The notes under the pieces are model-generated. The model saw only the letters and a program-made list of their open reading frames with translations, was not told the origin of the DNA and did not search any database. DNA of 64,000 bases from contig DATKLW010000173.1 in NCBI GenBank assembly GCA_035542215.1, positions 1,717-65,716 of the forward strand, in the 5' to 3' direction. Below are positions 8,717 through 18,475 of the stretch, piece by piece (within the stretch, counting starts at the first letter, position 1; each line of letters opens with the position of its first letter). The DNA is from Thermoanaerobaculia bacterium. Lineage in GTDB: Bacteria > Acidobacteriota > Thermoanaerobaculia > UBA5066. The position numbers and the translations under genes were made by a program.

Positions 8717-9109
8717 CGCCGCCGCCCGCCGGGGCGCCGCGGCCTCGGCCCGGACCCGGCGGTGCAGGAGCCACACGGCGGCGCCCATCAGGCCGTCTGC
8801 GGCCGCCGACGCCGGGACGAGCCATGGCCCTCCGTCCAGGGCGGTCATCGTCAGGAGAAAGACGACCGCGATCGACTTCGTCGTGAGAAGGAACGTGACG
8901 CCGCCCGAGCGGTGGTACTCGAGGAGGTACCCCGCGACGACGACGAAGTGGAAGACCCCGGCCTGCCGCGCGAAGAACAGGGGCGTGACCGTCGGCCAGC
9001 CGCCGAGCGCGGCGCCCCACCGTGTCAGGAAGATCAGTCCGAGCCCGACGGCGACGCTGTGCAGCGCGACGAGGTGGACGGCAAGGCGCTCGAGGCGTGC
9101 GGCGGTCAC
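8699..9109 (-). CDS. hypothetical integral membrane protein, translationally coupled to hybD
   Basis: In frame with track ORF 8699..9172. The GTG at 9107-9109 overlaps the hybD stop (GTGA). About 4 hydrophobic helices (LAVHLVALHSVAVGLGLIFL, VFHFVVVAGYLL, ...). Confidence 0.55.
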   Translation of the reverse strand: MTAARLERLAVHLVALHSVAVGLGLIFLTRWGAALGGWPTVTPLFFARQAGVFHFVVVAGYLLEYHRSGGVTFLLTTKSIAVVFLLTMTALDGGPWLVPASAAADGLMGAAVWLLHRRVRAEAAAPRRAAASAAGN

Positions 9110-9699
9110 GCGAGGACGAGCTCGGGGACGGGAACGGGCGCCGGCACCGGCGCGATGACCGGCACCTCCCACCAGGGAAGGGGGACGCTCACGGCGTCGG
9201 GGTTGCGGCGGTGCACGTCGAAGCCGCGCGTGCGGAGCTCGACGACAATCGCCTCGGCGGCGTGCGCGACCGCGTCCTGGAGCCGCGGCGTAAGCCCCAC
9301 GCCGGTCTCGACGCGGTCGGGCACGACGCCGACGAGCGTCACGAAGGCGGGCCCCTCCCCCGCCATCTCGGCCGCGAGAATCGCGTCCGCGACGCCGGGA
9401 TCGTGGGGTGAGAGCCGCGGCTGGGAGGCGTGCTGCACGAGCGCGTCGCGGGCGAAGAGCCGGACCGTCCCCGGCTCGGCGCCCTTCGCGTGAACGGCGT
9501 CCACGAGAACGATCCCGCTCCCCCCGGCAACGTACGGGATCAGGTCGAGTCCCGGCGTCCCGACGTCCACGACCTCGATCTCGGGAGGAAAGGCGTACGT
9601 CGCCTCGAGATGGTGGATGACCCAGGGGCCCAGCGCGTCGTCGCCCATGAGGACGTTCCCGAGGCCGAGGACTCGGACGAGCGGCGCGCCGGTCTCCAT
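9106..9699 (-). CDS. hybD: [NiFe] hydrogenase maturation endopeptidase
   Basis: In frame inside the artefactual track ORF 9106..12624. Sequence: METGAPLVRVLGLGNVLMGDDALGPWV...VLVDAV...LSPHDPG. It lies directly downstream of the large subunit. Confidence 0.85.
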   Translation of the reverse strand: METGAPLVRVLGLGNVLMGDDALGPWVIHHLEATYAFPPEIEVVDVGTPGLDLIPYVAGGSGIVLVDAVHAKGAEPGTVRLFARDALVQHASQPRLSPHDPGVADAILAAEMAGEGPAFVTLVGVVPDRVETGVGLTPRLQDAVAHAAEAIVVELRTRGFDVHRRNPDAVSVPLPWWEVPVIAPVPAPVPVPELVLA

Positions 9700-9707
9700 G
9701 ACGGGTC

Positions 9708-11405
9708 CTAGAGGGCCTTCACGCGGGCGATCTCGTTGCCCTCGGGGTCGAGGGTGTGGACCGCGCACGCGATGCAGGGATCGAAGGAGTGGATCGTGCG
9801 GAGGACCTCGAGCGGCTGCTCCGAGTTCGCGACGGGGTTGCCGATCAGGGCGGCCTCGTAGGGGCCCATCTGGCCCTTTTCGTCGCGGGGGCCGGCGTTC
9901 CACGTGGACGGGACGACGGCCTGGTAGTTCGCGATCTTGCCGTCCCGGATGACGACGAAGTGGGAGAGGACGCCGCGCGGCGCCTCGTGGAAGCCGAAGC
10001 CGCGCTGCTCGCCCTTCGGGAACACGGGCTCGTTGAAAATGGCCGTGTCGCCCTTGCCGATGTTCTCGACGAGCATTTTCCAGTGTTTCTGTCCGAGCTC
10101 GGCGAGGACGTTCGCGCGGATCATGCGCGCCGCGTGGCGCCCGAGCGTGCCGTGGAGGATCGCCGGCGAGAGCTTCGTCTTCGCGATCGCGCCCGCCGTC
10201 TCGAGCGTCTTCGTCGCCCAGCGGACCGTCGGCTCGTGCTTGAGAGCGAACCCGACGAGGACCTGGGCGAGCGGCCCGACCTGCATCACCTTGCCCCCGA
10301 AGCGGGGGGCCTTGATCCAGGAGTACTTCCCGTTGTCCTCCCACTTCGTGTACTTCGGGACGGTCTCTTCCTCGTAGGGATGCTTCGCCCACGCGCCGTC
10401 GTACCAGGCGTGCGCGATCGACTCCGTGACGTTGTCGCGGAAGTACGGGTCGCCGAACGTCTTGATCTCCTTCACGCCGGCGAGGTCGCCGTCCATGATC
10501 GTGCCGCCCGGCAGGTCGAATTTCGTCCCCTTCGTGTCGAGTGGGAGGTCCGGCACCGCGAGGTAGTTCTTGACGCCGGCTCCGTAGGGCAGCCAGTCCG
10601 CGTAGAGCGCCCCGACCGCGCAGACATCCGCGAAGTAGACCTGCTGGACGAACGCCGTGATCTCGTCGAAGAGGTCTTTGACCATGAACAGCTTGTTCAT
10701 GTTCAGCGTCGAGTCGTTGTCGAGGTTGATCGCGTTCGCGACGCCGCCGACCGCGAGGTTCTGGATGTTCGGCGTCTTCGACCCGAGGATCGCGACGACC
10801 TTGTTGATCCGCCGCTGGTAGTCGAGCGCCTCGAGGTAGTGCGCGACCGCGAGGAGGTTCACTTCCGGCGGGAGCTTCATCGCCGAATGGCCCCAGTAGC
10901 CGTTCTGGAAGATGCCGAGCTGGCCCGCCTCGACGAAGCCCTTGAGCTTCGCCTGGACGGCCGCGAGCTTCTTCGTGTTGTTGTTCGGCCACGAGGAGAG
11001 GCTCTCGGCGAGCGCGGACGTCTTCGCGGGGTCGGCCTTGAGCGCCGAGACGACGTCGACCCAGTCGAGCGCGGAGAGGTGGTAGAAGTGGACGATGTGA
11101 TCGTGCAGCGCGTGCGCGATCACGATCATGTTCCGGATGAGCTGGGCGTTCAGCGGGATCTCGAGGCCGAGCGCGTTCTCGACGGTGCGGACGGACGCGA
11201 TCGCGTGGACCGTCGTGCAGACGCCGCAGAACCGCTGCGTGAAGAGCCACGCCTCGCGCGGGTCGCGCCCCTGCAGGATCGTCTCGATGCCCCGGAACAT
11301 CTGGCCCGAGGACCAGGCGTTCGTGACCTTGCCGCCGTTCACCTCCACGTCGATGCGGAGGTGGCCCTCGATGCGGGTGATCGGGTCGACGGTGATGCGC
11401 GTCAT
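9708..11405 (-). CDS. hybC: [NiFe] hydrogenase large subunit, group 1
   Basis: N-terminal RIEGH and QRFCGVCTTVH (RxCGxCxxxH). C-terminal DPCIACAVH is followed by a 15-aa cleavable tail. Cys, not Sec, sits at the ligand positions. Confidence 0.97.
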   Translation of the reverse strand: MTRITVDPITRIEGHLRIDVEVNGGKVTNAWSSGQMFRGIETILQGRDPREAWLFTQRFCGVCTTVHAIASVRTVENALGLEIPLNAQLIRNMIVIAHALHDHIVHFYHLSALDWVDVVSALKADPAKTSALAESLSSWPNNNTKKLAAVQAKLKGFVEAGQLGIFQNGYWGHSAMKLPPEVNLLAVAHYLEALDYQRRINKVVAILGSKTPNIQNLAVGGVANAINLDNDSTLNMNKLFMVKDLFDEITAFVQQVYFADVCAVGALYADWLPYGAGVKNYLAVPDLPLDTKGTKFDLPGGTIMDGDLAGVKEIKTFGDPYFRDNVTESIAHAWYDGAWAKHPYEEETVPKYTKWEDNGKYSWIKAPRFGGKVMQVGPLAQVLVGFALKHEPTVRWATKTLETAGAIAKTKLSPAILHGTLGRHAARMIRANVLAELGQKHWKMLVENIGKGDTAIFNEPVFPKGEQRGFGFHEAPRGVLSHFVVIRDGKIANYQAVVPSTWNAGPRDEKGQMGPYEAALIGNPVANSEQPLEVLRTIHSFDPCIACAVHTLDPEGNEIARVKAL

Positions 11406-11408
11406 TGG

Positions 11409-12617
11409 TTACCTCACCTGGGATGCGGCGGCCGCGTGGGCCGGGTCCGCTCCCGTCAGAATCGGGAATCTCTTGACGAAGAACACGTAAACGAGGATCT
11501 CGATCGCGACGAGGCCGACGGTCGCGAGGATCTCGGCGACGCTCGGGAAGTACGCGTACTGGGCGCCGGGGCGGAACGCGACGATGAACGTGTCGATCCG
11601 GTAGAGCGTGCCCGCGAGAATCATGAGCATCGCGGCCCGGAAGAGGTTCCCCGCGTTTGCCCGCTTCGCCGGGGAGGCGAGCATGACGGCCGGCGCGACG
11701 ACGAGCGCCATCTCGACGAGGAAGAGGAGGACGTAGCCGTCCGGCTTCGCGAAGAATGCGAGCTTGCCGCGGATCGCGACGTCGACGAGCCGGATGCCGG
11801 CCCATGCCCAGAGGAACGGAGCGACGGCCCGGCCGAGTCCCGCGAGCATCTTCCCTTCGCGCGGGCGCCTGAAGGCGACGCTCGAGAGCGTGGACTCGAA
11901 GACGACGACCGCGTAACCCATCGCGAGGCACGAGATCAGGAAGAGGAGCGGGAGGAGCGGCGTCGACCAGAGCCCGTGGAGCTTCTTGCCCGAGAGGAGC
12001 ATGAGCGTCCCGAGGGACGACTGGTGCATCGTGGGGAGGAGGAGTCCGAGGGCGATCACGAACGGGAGGGCCTTCTCGATCACCGGGAGGAAGGTGTCGC
12101 CGAGAGTCTTCCGGAGGCCCGGAGGGCCGCTCTTCCACGCCGGGAGAAACGAGGGCGAGACCTCGACCCAGAGGACCGCGACGTACGTCATGACGCAGAG
12201 CGCGACCTCGAAGAGGGCGGAGCTCGTGTTCCAGTGGTTCACGTAGATCGCGACGCGGTGGAGGAGCCACGGCCGGCCGACGTCGAGAATGATCGAGACG
12301 GCGGCCATCGAGTAGCCGAGCGCGCTCGTGAGGAGCGCGGGGCGCACGGCCGGGTGGAACTCGCCCTTGTTCAGGACGTAGACGAGGAGCGCGACCGCGT
12401 AGCCGCCGCAGCCGAGCGCGGTGCCCGTCACGACGTCGAGCGCGATCCAGAGGCCCCACGGGTAGCCGTCGTTCAGAGCAGTCGAACCGCCGAGGCCGGC
12501 GGCGAAGCGGTAAATCATGGCGGCGACGCCGATCGCCGCGAGGACGACGAGGGCGCGCGTGCCCTTCGTCAGGACGGGTCCGCCGAGCGGGGCGGGGCGG
12601 TCGAGGACGGCGCTCAT
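11409..12617 (-). CDS. hybB: hydrogenase membrane subunit, NrfD/PsrC family (HybB-like)
   Basis: In frame with track ORF 11409..13361. The ATG at 12615-12617 overlaps the hybA stop. The protein is polytopic and hydrophobic (MSAVLDRPAPLGGPVLTKGTRALVVLAAIG...). Confidence 0.85.
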   Translation of the reverse strand: MSAVLDRPAPLGGPVLTKGTRALVVLAAIGVAAMIYRFAAGLGGSTALNDGYPWGLWIALDVVTGTALGCGGYAVALLVYVLNKGEFHPAVRPALLTSALGYSMAAVSIILDVGRPWLLHRVAIYVNHWNTSSALFEVALCVMTYVAVLWVEVSPSFLPAWKSGPPGLRKTLGDTFLPVIEKALPFVIALGLLLPTMHQSSLGTLMLLSGKKLHGLWSTPLLPLLFLISCLAMGYAVVVFESTLSSVAFRRPREGKMLAGLGRAVAPFLWAWAGIRLVDVAIRGKLAFFAKPDGYVLLFLVEMALVVAPAVMLASPAKRANAGNLFRAAMLMILAGTLYRIDTFIVAFRPGAQYAYFPSVAEILATVGLVAIEILVYVFFVKRFPILTGADPAHAAAASQVR

Positions 12618-13519
12618 TCGGCACCTCCGGCCTTGTCCTGCTCGCGCTTGTTGCGGAACACGACGGCGCCGAGGACGGCGTAGAGCGCGATCGGCGCGAT
12701 CATCCCCTGGTAGACGCCGTGCTGGATCGAGCGCGGCAGGACCGCTTGCGAGGTGTCCTCCAGGGCGGGCAGGCCGAGCTTCTCGTACGGGACGTGGGAC
12801 AGGACGAGGCACTGCGTGCCGCCGCCGTCCGTCCCGCCGAAGACGCGGGGCGCGTCGCCGTCCTTGTAGCCGCGGTAGCGGTCCGGGTGGTCCGCGATGC
12901 GCTTTTTCGCGTCGGCCAGCAAGGCGTCGCGCGTGCCGTAGATGACGGCCTTGCGCGGGCAGACCTCGACGCAGCCGGGGAACTTGCCTTCGGCGAGCCG
13001 GTGATTGCAGAGCTCGCACTTGACCATCAGCGGCGCCCTGGAAGCCCACTCGAACTTCGGGATCTCGAACGGGCACGCGACCTGGCAGTACCGGCAGCCG
13101 GAGCAGTACTCCTTCTTGTACGTCACGATCCCCTTCTCGCGCTTCTGGAGGGCGCCGATCATGCAGGCGCCGACGCACGCGGGGTCGACGCAGTGCATGC
13201 ACTGCGCCTTGAAGTACGAGCGCACGGGCGAGCCGGGCTCCTTGTAGAGCTTGATGACGTTTTTCGTCTGCCCGTTCAGGTCGAGAGGCGCGTCCCAGAG
13301 GCCGTTCGAGTTCGACGTGTCGGGCTTCTTGTCGTTCGCCTCGCGGCACGCGACGACGCACGTCTTGCAGCCGATGCAGAGCGTCGTGTCGTACAGGAGG
13401 CCAACGGCGTCCGGAGGCGCCGTCTTCACCGCGCCTTCCGCCCCGCCCGCCGTCACGGCGACGGCCGCGGCCGCCGTCGCGGCGGCGCCCGTCAGGAGGC
13501 TGCGTCGGTCGAGGGTCAT
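12614..13519 (-). CDS. hybA: 4Fe-4S ferredoxin-type hydrogenase electron-transfer subunit (HybA-like), Tat-exported
   Basis: Twin-arginine motif LDRRSLLTG. Cys clusters CIGCKTCVVAC, CMHCVDPACVGAC, CSGCRYCQVACP, CELC...C..VCP. C-terminal TM helix. Confidence 0.9.
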   Translation of the reverse strand: MTLDRRSLLTGAAATAAAAVAVTAGGAEGAVKTAPPDAVGLLYDTTLCIGCKTCVVACREANDKKPDTSNSNGLWDAPLDLNGQTKNVIKLYKEPGSPVRSYFKAQCMHCVDPACVGACMIGALQKREKGIVTYKKEYCSGCRYCQVACPFEIPKFEWASRAPLMVKCELCNHRLAEGKFPGCVEVCPRKAVIYGTRDALLADAKKRIADHPDRYRGYKDGDAPRVFGGTDGGGTQCLVLSHVPYEKLGLPALEDTSQAVLPRSIQHGVYQGMIAPIALYAVLGAVVFRNKREQDKAGGAE

Positions 13520-13520
13520 C

Positions 13521-14657
13521 TCAGGCCTCCTTCCGCGGTTCCTTCGAAGGCCCTTCTTCCGCCGTCCCGAACTTCTTCGACGCGGCCCAGCCCGCGCCGA
13601 GGAGCGCGCCGGCGACGAGGCCCGCGACGCCCGTCGCGACCGGGGCGACCTTGCCCATCGGGGCGTGGAGCGGGGCGTACGTGTCGGGCGGCGTGGGCCG
13701 CTCGATGTCGACGGTGTCGTGGAGCGGCTTGCGGAACGCGAGCGTCTGCTCCGTGCAGCCGAAGCACGGGTGACCGATCCCGATCGGCCACGCGTCGGGC
13801 ACCTCGGCGAACGGGAGGACCGAGCAGTTCGCGTGTGTCGCCGGGCCCTTGCAGCCCGTCTTGTAGAGACACCAGCCCTGCCTGTGGCCCTCGTCTCCGA
13901 ACTTCTGGACGAAGCGGCCGGCGTCGAAGTGGGCGCGGCGCGGGCAGTGCTCGTGGATCGTCCGGCCGTACGCGAATTTCGGCCGGCCCTTCTCGTCGAG
14001 CGCCGGGAGCGTCCCGAGCGTCGCGAACTGCAGGACCGTGCCGAGGAGGTTGTACGGGTTCGCCGGGCAGCCGGGGATCGTGACGACCGTCTTGCCCTTG
14101 AGGACCATCGGGGCGCCCGTCGCTCCGGTCGGGTTCGGGTCGGCGGACGGAATGCCGCCCCACGACGCGCACGAGCCGATCGCGATGATCGCGCCGGCCT
14201 TTCCCGCGACGTCGTTCAGGATGTCGACGGCCGTGCGCCCGCCGACCTGGCAGTAGATGCCGTTCTCCTTCGTCGGAATCGCGCCCTCGACGACGAGGAC
14301 GTACTTGCCCTCGTGGTCCTTCATGGTTTTCTTCAGCGCGGCCTCGGCCTGGTGGCCGGCCGCTGCGAAGAGCGTCTCGTGGTAGTCGAGCGAGATGAGG
14401 TCGAGGATCAGCTCCGCGACGTCCGGGTGCGAGCTGCGGAGCAGCGACTCCGTGCAGCCGGTGCACTCCTGGAAGTGGAGCCAGATCACCGACGGCTTCA
14501 CTCCCTTGACGGCCGCCTCCGCGAGCCGCGCGGAGAGCGCCGCAGGGAGCCCGACGGCGGCGCCCGCCATGAGCGCGACCTTCACGAAATCGCGCCGGTT
14601 GGAACCCTCAACGTCGACGTGGAGCGACTCTGCGTCGCTTGTACCGTCCAGATACAT
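13521..14657 (-). CDS. hybO: [NiFe] hydrogenase small subunit, group 1, Tat signal and C-terminal membrane anchor
   Basis: In frame with track ORF 13521..14840. The ATG at 14655-14657 lies behind GGAGG. Motifs: SNRRDFVKV, WLHFQECTGCTESLL, GSCASWGG, GCPANP. Confidence 0.95.
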   Translation of the reverse strand: MYLDGTSDAESLHVDVEGSNRRDFVKVALMAGAAVGLPAALSARLAEAAVKGVKPSVIWLHFQECTGCTESLLRSSHPDVAELILDLISLDYHETLFAAAGHQAEAALKKTMKDHEGKYVLVVEGAIPTKENGIYCQVGGRTAVDILNDVAGKAGAIIAIGSCASWGGIPSADPNPTGATGAPMVLKGKTVVTIPGCPANPYNLLGTVLQFATLGTLPALDEKGRPKFAYGRTIHEHCPRRAHFDAGRFVQKFGDEGHRQGWCLYKTGCKGPATHANCSVLPFAEVPDAWPIGIGHPCFGCTEQTLAFRKPLHDTVDIERPTPPDTYAPLHAPMGKVAPVATGVAGLVAGALLGAGWAASKKFGTAEEGPSKEPRKEA

Positions 14658-14762
14658 GTGGACCTCCGCGCTGTACGAAGGATCAAAACGCGCCGCAACG
14701 CTTCGTTTACATCGTGCAGATGAATCATCCTGACCCGGCCACCGGGCCTTACAGTTCCTCGC

Positions 14763-17081
14763 ATGCGGCGCGTGAGGCTCGAGGTGCGGGGGGCGGTGCA
14801 GGGCGTCGGGTTCCGCCCGTTCGTGTGGCGGCTCGCGCACGCGCTCTCGCTCGCGGGCTGGGTGCGCAACGACATCGCGGGCGTTTTCATCGAGTTGGAG
14901 GGTGAGGACGGGGCTCTCCGGGAATTCCGTCGGGCGCTAGACGAGGCACCCCCGCCGCTCGCGCGCATCCGCGAGATCCTCGAGAACCCGGCGCCGGTTA
15001 CAAAGGAGCCGGGCTTCACCATTCGTCCGAGCGAGGACGCCGGAGCGCGGACCGTGCTCGTCCTCCCCGACGTCGCGACGTGCCCTGCCTGCCTTGCCGA
15101 GGTCCTCGACCCGAAGGACCGCCGGCACCTTTATCCCTTCGCGAACTGCACGAACTGCGGCCCGCGCTTCACGATCGTGACGGACCTTCCGTACGACCGG
15201 CCCGCGACGACGATGGCCGCGTTTACGCTCTGCGGCGAGTGCCGCGCCGAGTACGAGGACCCGCGCGACCGCCGCTTCCACGCACAGCCGATCGCGTGCC
15301 CCGCGTGCGGGCCGCATCTCGAGGCCTGGTCGCCCTCCGGCGACGTCCTCGCCCGGCGGCACGAAGCGCTTCTCGCGGCCGCCGACGCGCTCCGCGCGGG
15401 GGCCGTCGTCGCCGTCAAGGGCCTCGGGGGATTCCACCTCATGTGCGACGCGCGGAGCGCCGACGCCGTGGCCGCCCTCCGGCGGCGCAAGCGCCGGGAA
15501 GAAAAGCCGCTCGCGCTCATGGTGAGGGACGTCGCGGCGGCTCGCGCCCTCGCGGAGGTGACGGACGAGAGCGAGGCGCTCCTCGCCGGGCCGGAGGCGC
15601 CGATCGTCCTCCTCCCGCGGCGCGCGGACGCCGGCGTCGCTTCGAACGTCGCGCCGGGCCGGCCGGAGCTCGGCCTCATGCTCCCGGCGACGCCGCTTCA
15701 CCACCTGCTCCTGCGTGAAACGCGCTTCCCCGTCGTCGCGACGAGCGGCAACCGCAGCGAGGAGCCCATCGCGACCGACGAGCGCGAGGCCCTCGTCCGC
15801 CTCGCGGGCATGGCCGATCTCTTTCTCGTCCACGACCGGGCCCTGGCGCGGCACGTCGATGACAGCGTCGCCCGCGTCGTCGCGGGCGCGCCGCGCCTCC
15901 TGCGCCGCGCGCGAGGCTGGGCGCCGCTGCCCGTTCCCGTCCGCGAGGAGCTGCCCGTGATCCTCGGCGTCGGCGCGCACATGAAGACGGCCGTCGCGCT
16001 CTCCGTCGGGCGGCAGGTCTTTCTCTCGCAGCACGTCGGCGACCTCGAGACGCCCGAGGCGCTCGACGCCTTCGAGCGCGTGATTGCCGACTTCCAGCGC
16101 CTTTACGCGGTGGAGCCCGCCGCCGTCGCGCACGACCTGCACCCGGGTTACGCGTCGACCGTCTTCGCGAAGAAACTCGCGGAAGCGCGGGGCCTCCCCG
16201 CGGTCGCCGTCCAGCACCACCACGCACACCTCGCCGCCTGCCTCGCGGAGAACGAGGCCGACGGCCCCGCTCTCGGCGTCACGTGGGACGGCACGGGCCT
16301 CGGGACGGACGGGACGATCTGGGGCGGCGAGTTCCTCCTCGGCGACGCGTCGGGCTTCACCCGCGTCGCGCATCTCCGGCCGTTCCGGCTCCTGGGCGGC
16401 GACGCGGCCGTGAAGGAGCCGCGGCGGATCGCTCTCGCGATCCTCCTCGAGCTGCTCGGAGAAGGGGCGCTCGGAAGGGAGGACCTCGAGTGCGTGAGGT
16501 CCTTCTCCCGAAGCGAGCGCGAAGTCCTCGCGAAGATGGCGAGCTCAGGCTTGAATGCGCCCGTCACGACCAGCGCGGGCCGTCTCTTCGACGCGGTCGC
16601 CTCGCTTCTCGGAATCGCGCAGAAGAGCTCCTTCGAAGGTCAATCGGCGATGGCCCTCGAAGCGGCGGCCTTCGAGGCTTGGGGCGAGGTCGCACCGGGC
16701 GCCGCCCAGCCCCTCGCCGGCCAGATCCGGCTCGTCATCTCCTCGGATGGGTCTGCGATCCTCGACTGGGAGCCTCTCCTCTCTTACCTTCTAAGAAAAT
16801 CTTCTCCGGGCGTCTCCTCCTCGCTCCTCGCCGCCGAATTCCACGCCGCCCTCGCCGACGGCATCGCCGCCGCCGCCGCGCACGTGGGCGCGCCCCGGGT
16901 CGCCCTGACCGGCGGCTGCTTCCAGAACAAGCTCCTCACGGAGCTCGCGGCCGCCCGGCTCAGGGCGGCGGGCTTCGAGGTCCTCCTCCACGGCGCCGTC
17001 CCGCCGAACGACGGCGGGATCGGCCTCGGCCAGGTCCTCGTCGCCGCGGAGCGCCTGAAGCATCTGCATCGGGGGGATTGA
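14763..17081 (+). CDS. hypF: carbamoyltransferase HypF
   Basis: The acylphosphatase domain is VRGAVQGVGFRPFV. There are two Zn-finger pairs, CPACLAEV...CTNCGPRFT and CGECRAEY...CPACGP. YrdC-like and Kae1-like domains follow. Confidence 0.97.
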   Translation: MRRVRLEVRGAVQGVGFRPFVWRLAHALSLAGWVRNDIAGVFIELEGEDGALREFRRALDEAPPPLARIREILENPAPVTKEPGFTIRPSEDAGARTVLVLPDVATCPACLAEVLDPKDRRHLYPFANCTNCGPRFTIVTDLPYDRPATTMAAFTLCGECRAEYEDPRDRRFHAQPIACPACGPHLEAWSPSGDVLARRHEALLAAADALRAGAVVAVKGLGGFHLMCDARSADAVAALRRRKRREEKPLALMVRDVAAARALAEVTDESEALLAGPEAPIVLLPRRADAGVASNVAPGRPELGLMLPATPLHHLLLRETRFPVVATSGNRSEEPIATDEREALVRLAGMADLFLVHDRALARHVDDSVARVVAGAPRLLRRARGWAPLPVPVREELPVILGVGAHMKTAVALSVGRQVFLSQHVGDLETPEALDAFERVIADFQRLYAVEPAAVAHDLHPGYASTVFAKKLAEARGLPAVAVQHHHAHLAACLAENEADGPALGVTWDGTGLGTDGTIWGGEFLLGDASGFTRVAHLRPFRLLGGDAAVKEPRRIALAILLELLGEGALGREDLECVRSFSRSEREVLAKMASSGLNAPVTTSAGRLFDAVASLLGIAQKSSFEGQSAMALEAAAFEAWGEVAPGAAQPLAGQIRLVISSDGSAILDWEPLLSYLLRKSSPGVSSSLLAAEFHAALADGIAAAAAHVGAPRVALTGGCFQNKLLTELAAARLRAAGFEVLLHGAVPPNDGGIGLGQVLVAAERLKHLHRGD
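16774..16826. repeat. single copy of the dispersed motif inside hypF
   Basis: CTCTCCTCTCTTACCTTCTAAGAAAATCTTCTCCGGGCGTCTCCTCCTCGCTCC, translated LSYLLRKSSPGVSSSLL. Confidence 0.75.
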
Positions 17082-17120
17082 GACGCGGTCCCCACTAACC
17101 TCGCCGCCGTGGGGTGCACG

Positions 17121-17393
17121 ATGTGCCTTGGCGTCCCCGGAAAAGTCGTGAGCATCGAGGCGAGCGCGGTCGACATGCCGATGGGCGTCGTGTCGTTCGC
17201 CGGGATCACGAAAGAGGTCTGCTTCGCGTACACGCCGGACATCCAGGTCGGCGAGTACGTCCTCGTGCACGTCGGCTTCGCGATCTCGAAGCTCGACGAG
17301 GACCACGCCCTCGAGGTCTTCCGCACGCTCAAGGAGATGGGCGAGCTCGGCGACCTCGAGATCCCGCAGCCCTCCGGGGCCCGCACGCCGTGA
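17121..17393 (+). CDS. hypC: hydrogenase assembly chaperone HypC
   Basis: The canonical N-terminus is MCLGVPGKV, so Cys2 requires the ATG at 17121. The track starts the ORF at an upstream GTG, 17109. Confidence 0.93.
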   Translation: MCLGVPGKVVSIEASAVDMPMGVVSFAGITKEVCFAYTPDIQVGEYVLVHVGFAISKLDEDHALEVFRTLKEMGELGDLEIPQPSGARTP

Positions 17394-18475
17394 AGTTCGT
17401 CGACGAGTACCGGCGCGAGGAGGACGCGCAGGCATTCGTCCGCGCCATCCGCGCGAAGGTGACCCGGTCGTGGACCCTCATGGAGATCTGCGGCGGCCAG
17501 ACGCACACGCTCCTGCGCTCGGGGATCGACCGGATGCTCCCGCCGGAGATCACGCTCGTGCACGGGCCGGGGTGCCCCGTCTGCGTGACGCCGCTGACGC
17601 AGATCGACCGCGCGCTCGCGATCGCCTCCCGCCCGAACGTGATCTTCACGTCCTTCGGCGACATGCTGCGCGTCCCCGGATCGACGACGGACCTCCTGAC
17701 GGTCAAGGCAAGGGGCGGCGACGTGCGGATGGTCTACTCGCCGCTCGACGCCGTGACGCTCGCGCGGCAGAACCCGGAGAAGGAGGTCGTCTTCTTCGCC
17801 GTCGGCTTCGAGACGACCGCGCCCGCGAACGCGATGGCGGTCCGCCACGCGAAGTCGCTCGGCCTGACGAACTTCTCCGTCCTCGCCTCGCACGTCCTCG
17901 TGCCGCCCGCGATGGAGGCGATCCTCTCGTCGCCCTCGAACCGCGTCCAGGCGTTCCTCCTCGCCGGCCACGTCTGCGCCGTCATGGGCTGGACGGAGTA
18001 CGAGCCCCTCGCGAAGTCGCACGGGATCCCGATGGTCGTCACGGGCTTCGAGCCGCTCGACCTCCTGCAAGGGATCCACATGGCCGTCGACGCGCTCGAG
18101 GCGGGCCGCACGGGCGTCGAGAACCAGTACGTGCGCACGGTCTCGCGCGAGGGAAATCCCGCGGCACGCGCCGTCGTGAACGAGGTCTTCGAGACGTGCG
18201 ACCGCGCGTGGCGCGGCATCGGCGTCATCCCGAAGAGCGGCTACCGCCTGCGCCCCGAGTACGCCGCGTACGACGCGACGCTGAAGTTCGAAGTCGGCGC
18301 GATCACGACCGAGGAGCCGAAGGAGTGCATCGCGGGCGAGATCATGCAGGGATTGAAGCGCCCGAGTGCGTGCACTGCCTTCGGGACGCGCTGCACACCC
18401 GAACACCCTCTCGGCGCGCCGATGGTGTCATCCGAAGGCGCCTGCGCGGCGTACTGGCTCTACGCGAGAGCGTGA
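17390..18475 (+). CDS. hypD: hydrogenase formation protein HypD
   Basis: The GTG overlaps the hypC stop (GTGA). Motifs: VKFVDEYR..., [17 protein letters not shown]. Confidence 0.95.
   Translation: MKFVDEYRREEDAQAFVRAIRAKVTRSWTLMEICGGQTHTLLRSGIDRMLPPEITLVHGPGCPVCVTPLTQIDRALAIASRPNVIFTSFGDMLRVPGSTTDLLTVKARGGDVRMVYSPLDAVTLARQNPEKEVVFFAVGFETTAPANAMAVRHAKSLGLTNFSVLASHVLVPPAMEAILSSPSNRVQAFLLAGHVCAVMGWTEYEPLAKSHGIPMVVTGFEPLDLLQGIHMAVDALEAGRTGVENQYVRTVSREGNPAARAVVNEVFETCDRAWRGIGVIPKSGYRLRPEYAAYDATLKFEVGAITTEEPKECIAGEIMQGLKRPSACTAFGTRCTPEHPLGAPMVSSEGACAAYWLYARA

Noticed and set aside
9708-11405. Possibility of a [NiFeSe] (selenocysteine) hydrogenase or recoded TGA.
   Set aside because: The large-subunit ORF is uninterrupted and ends with DPCIACAVH. 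The ligand position is Cys, and there is no in-frame TGA.
9106-12683. Very long ORFs in the track: 9106..12624 minus (1172 aa), 9756..12683 plus (975 aa), 31966..35364 minus (1132 aa), 47139..49256 plus, 47158..49281 minus, 16784..18406 minus, and others.
   Set aside because: Their translations are Arg/Pro/Gly/Asp-rich low-complexity strings, typical of off-frame or antisense reading of GC-rich DNA. They overlap genes with unmistakable family signatures (hydrogenase subunits, TonB receptor, hyp genes). Only the short in-frame portion of 9106..12624 (hybD) is real.
14658-14762. Search for a sigma-54 promoter or FhlA-type site in the hybO/hypF divergent intergenic region.
   Set aside because: No GG-N10-GC element with acceptable flanks was found on either strand. 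TGGCCGGGTCAGGAT lacks the -12 GC. I could not support any promoter call here.
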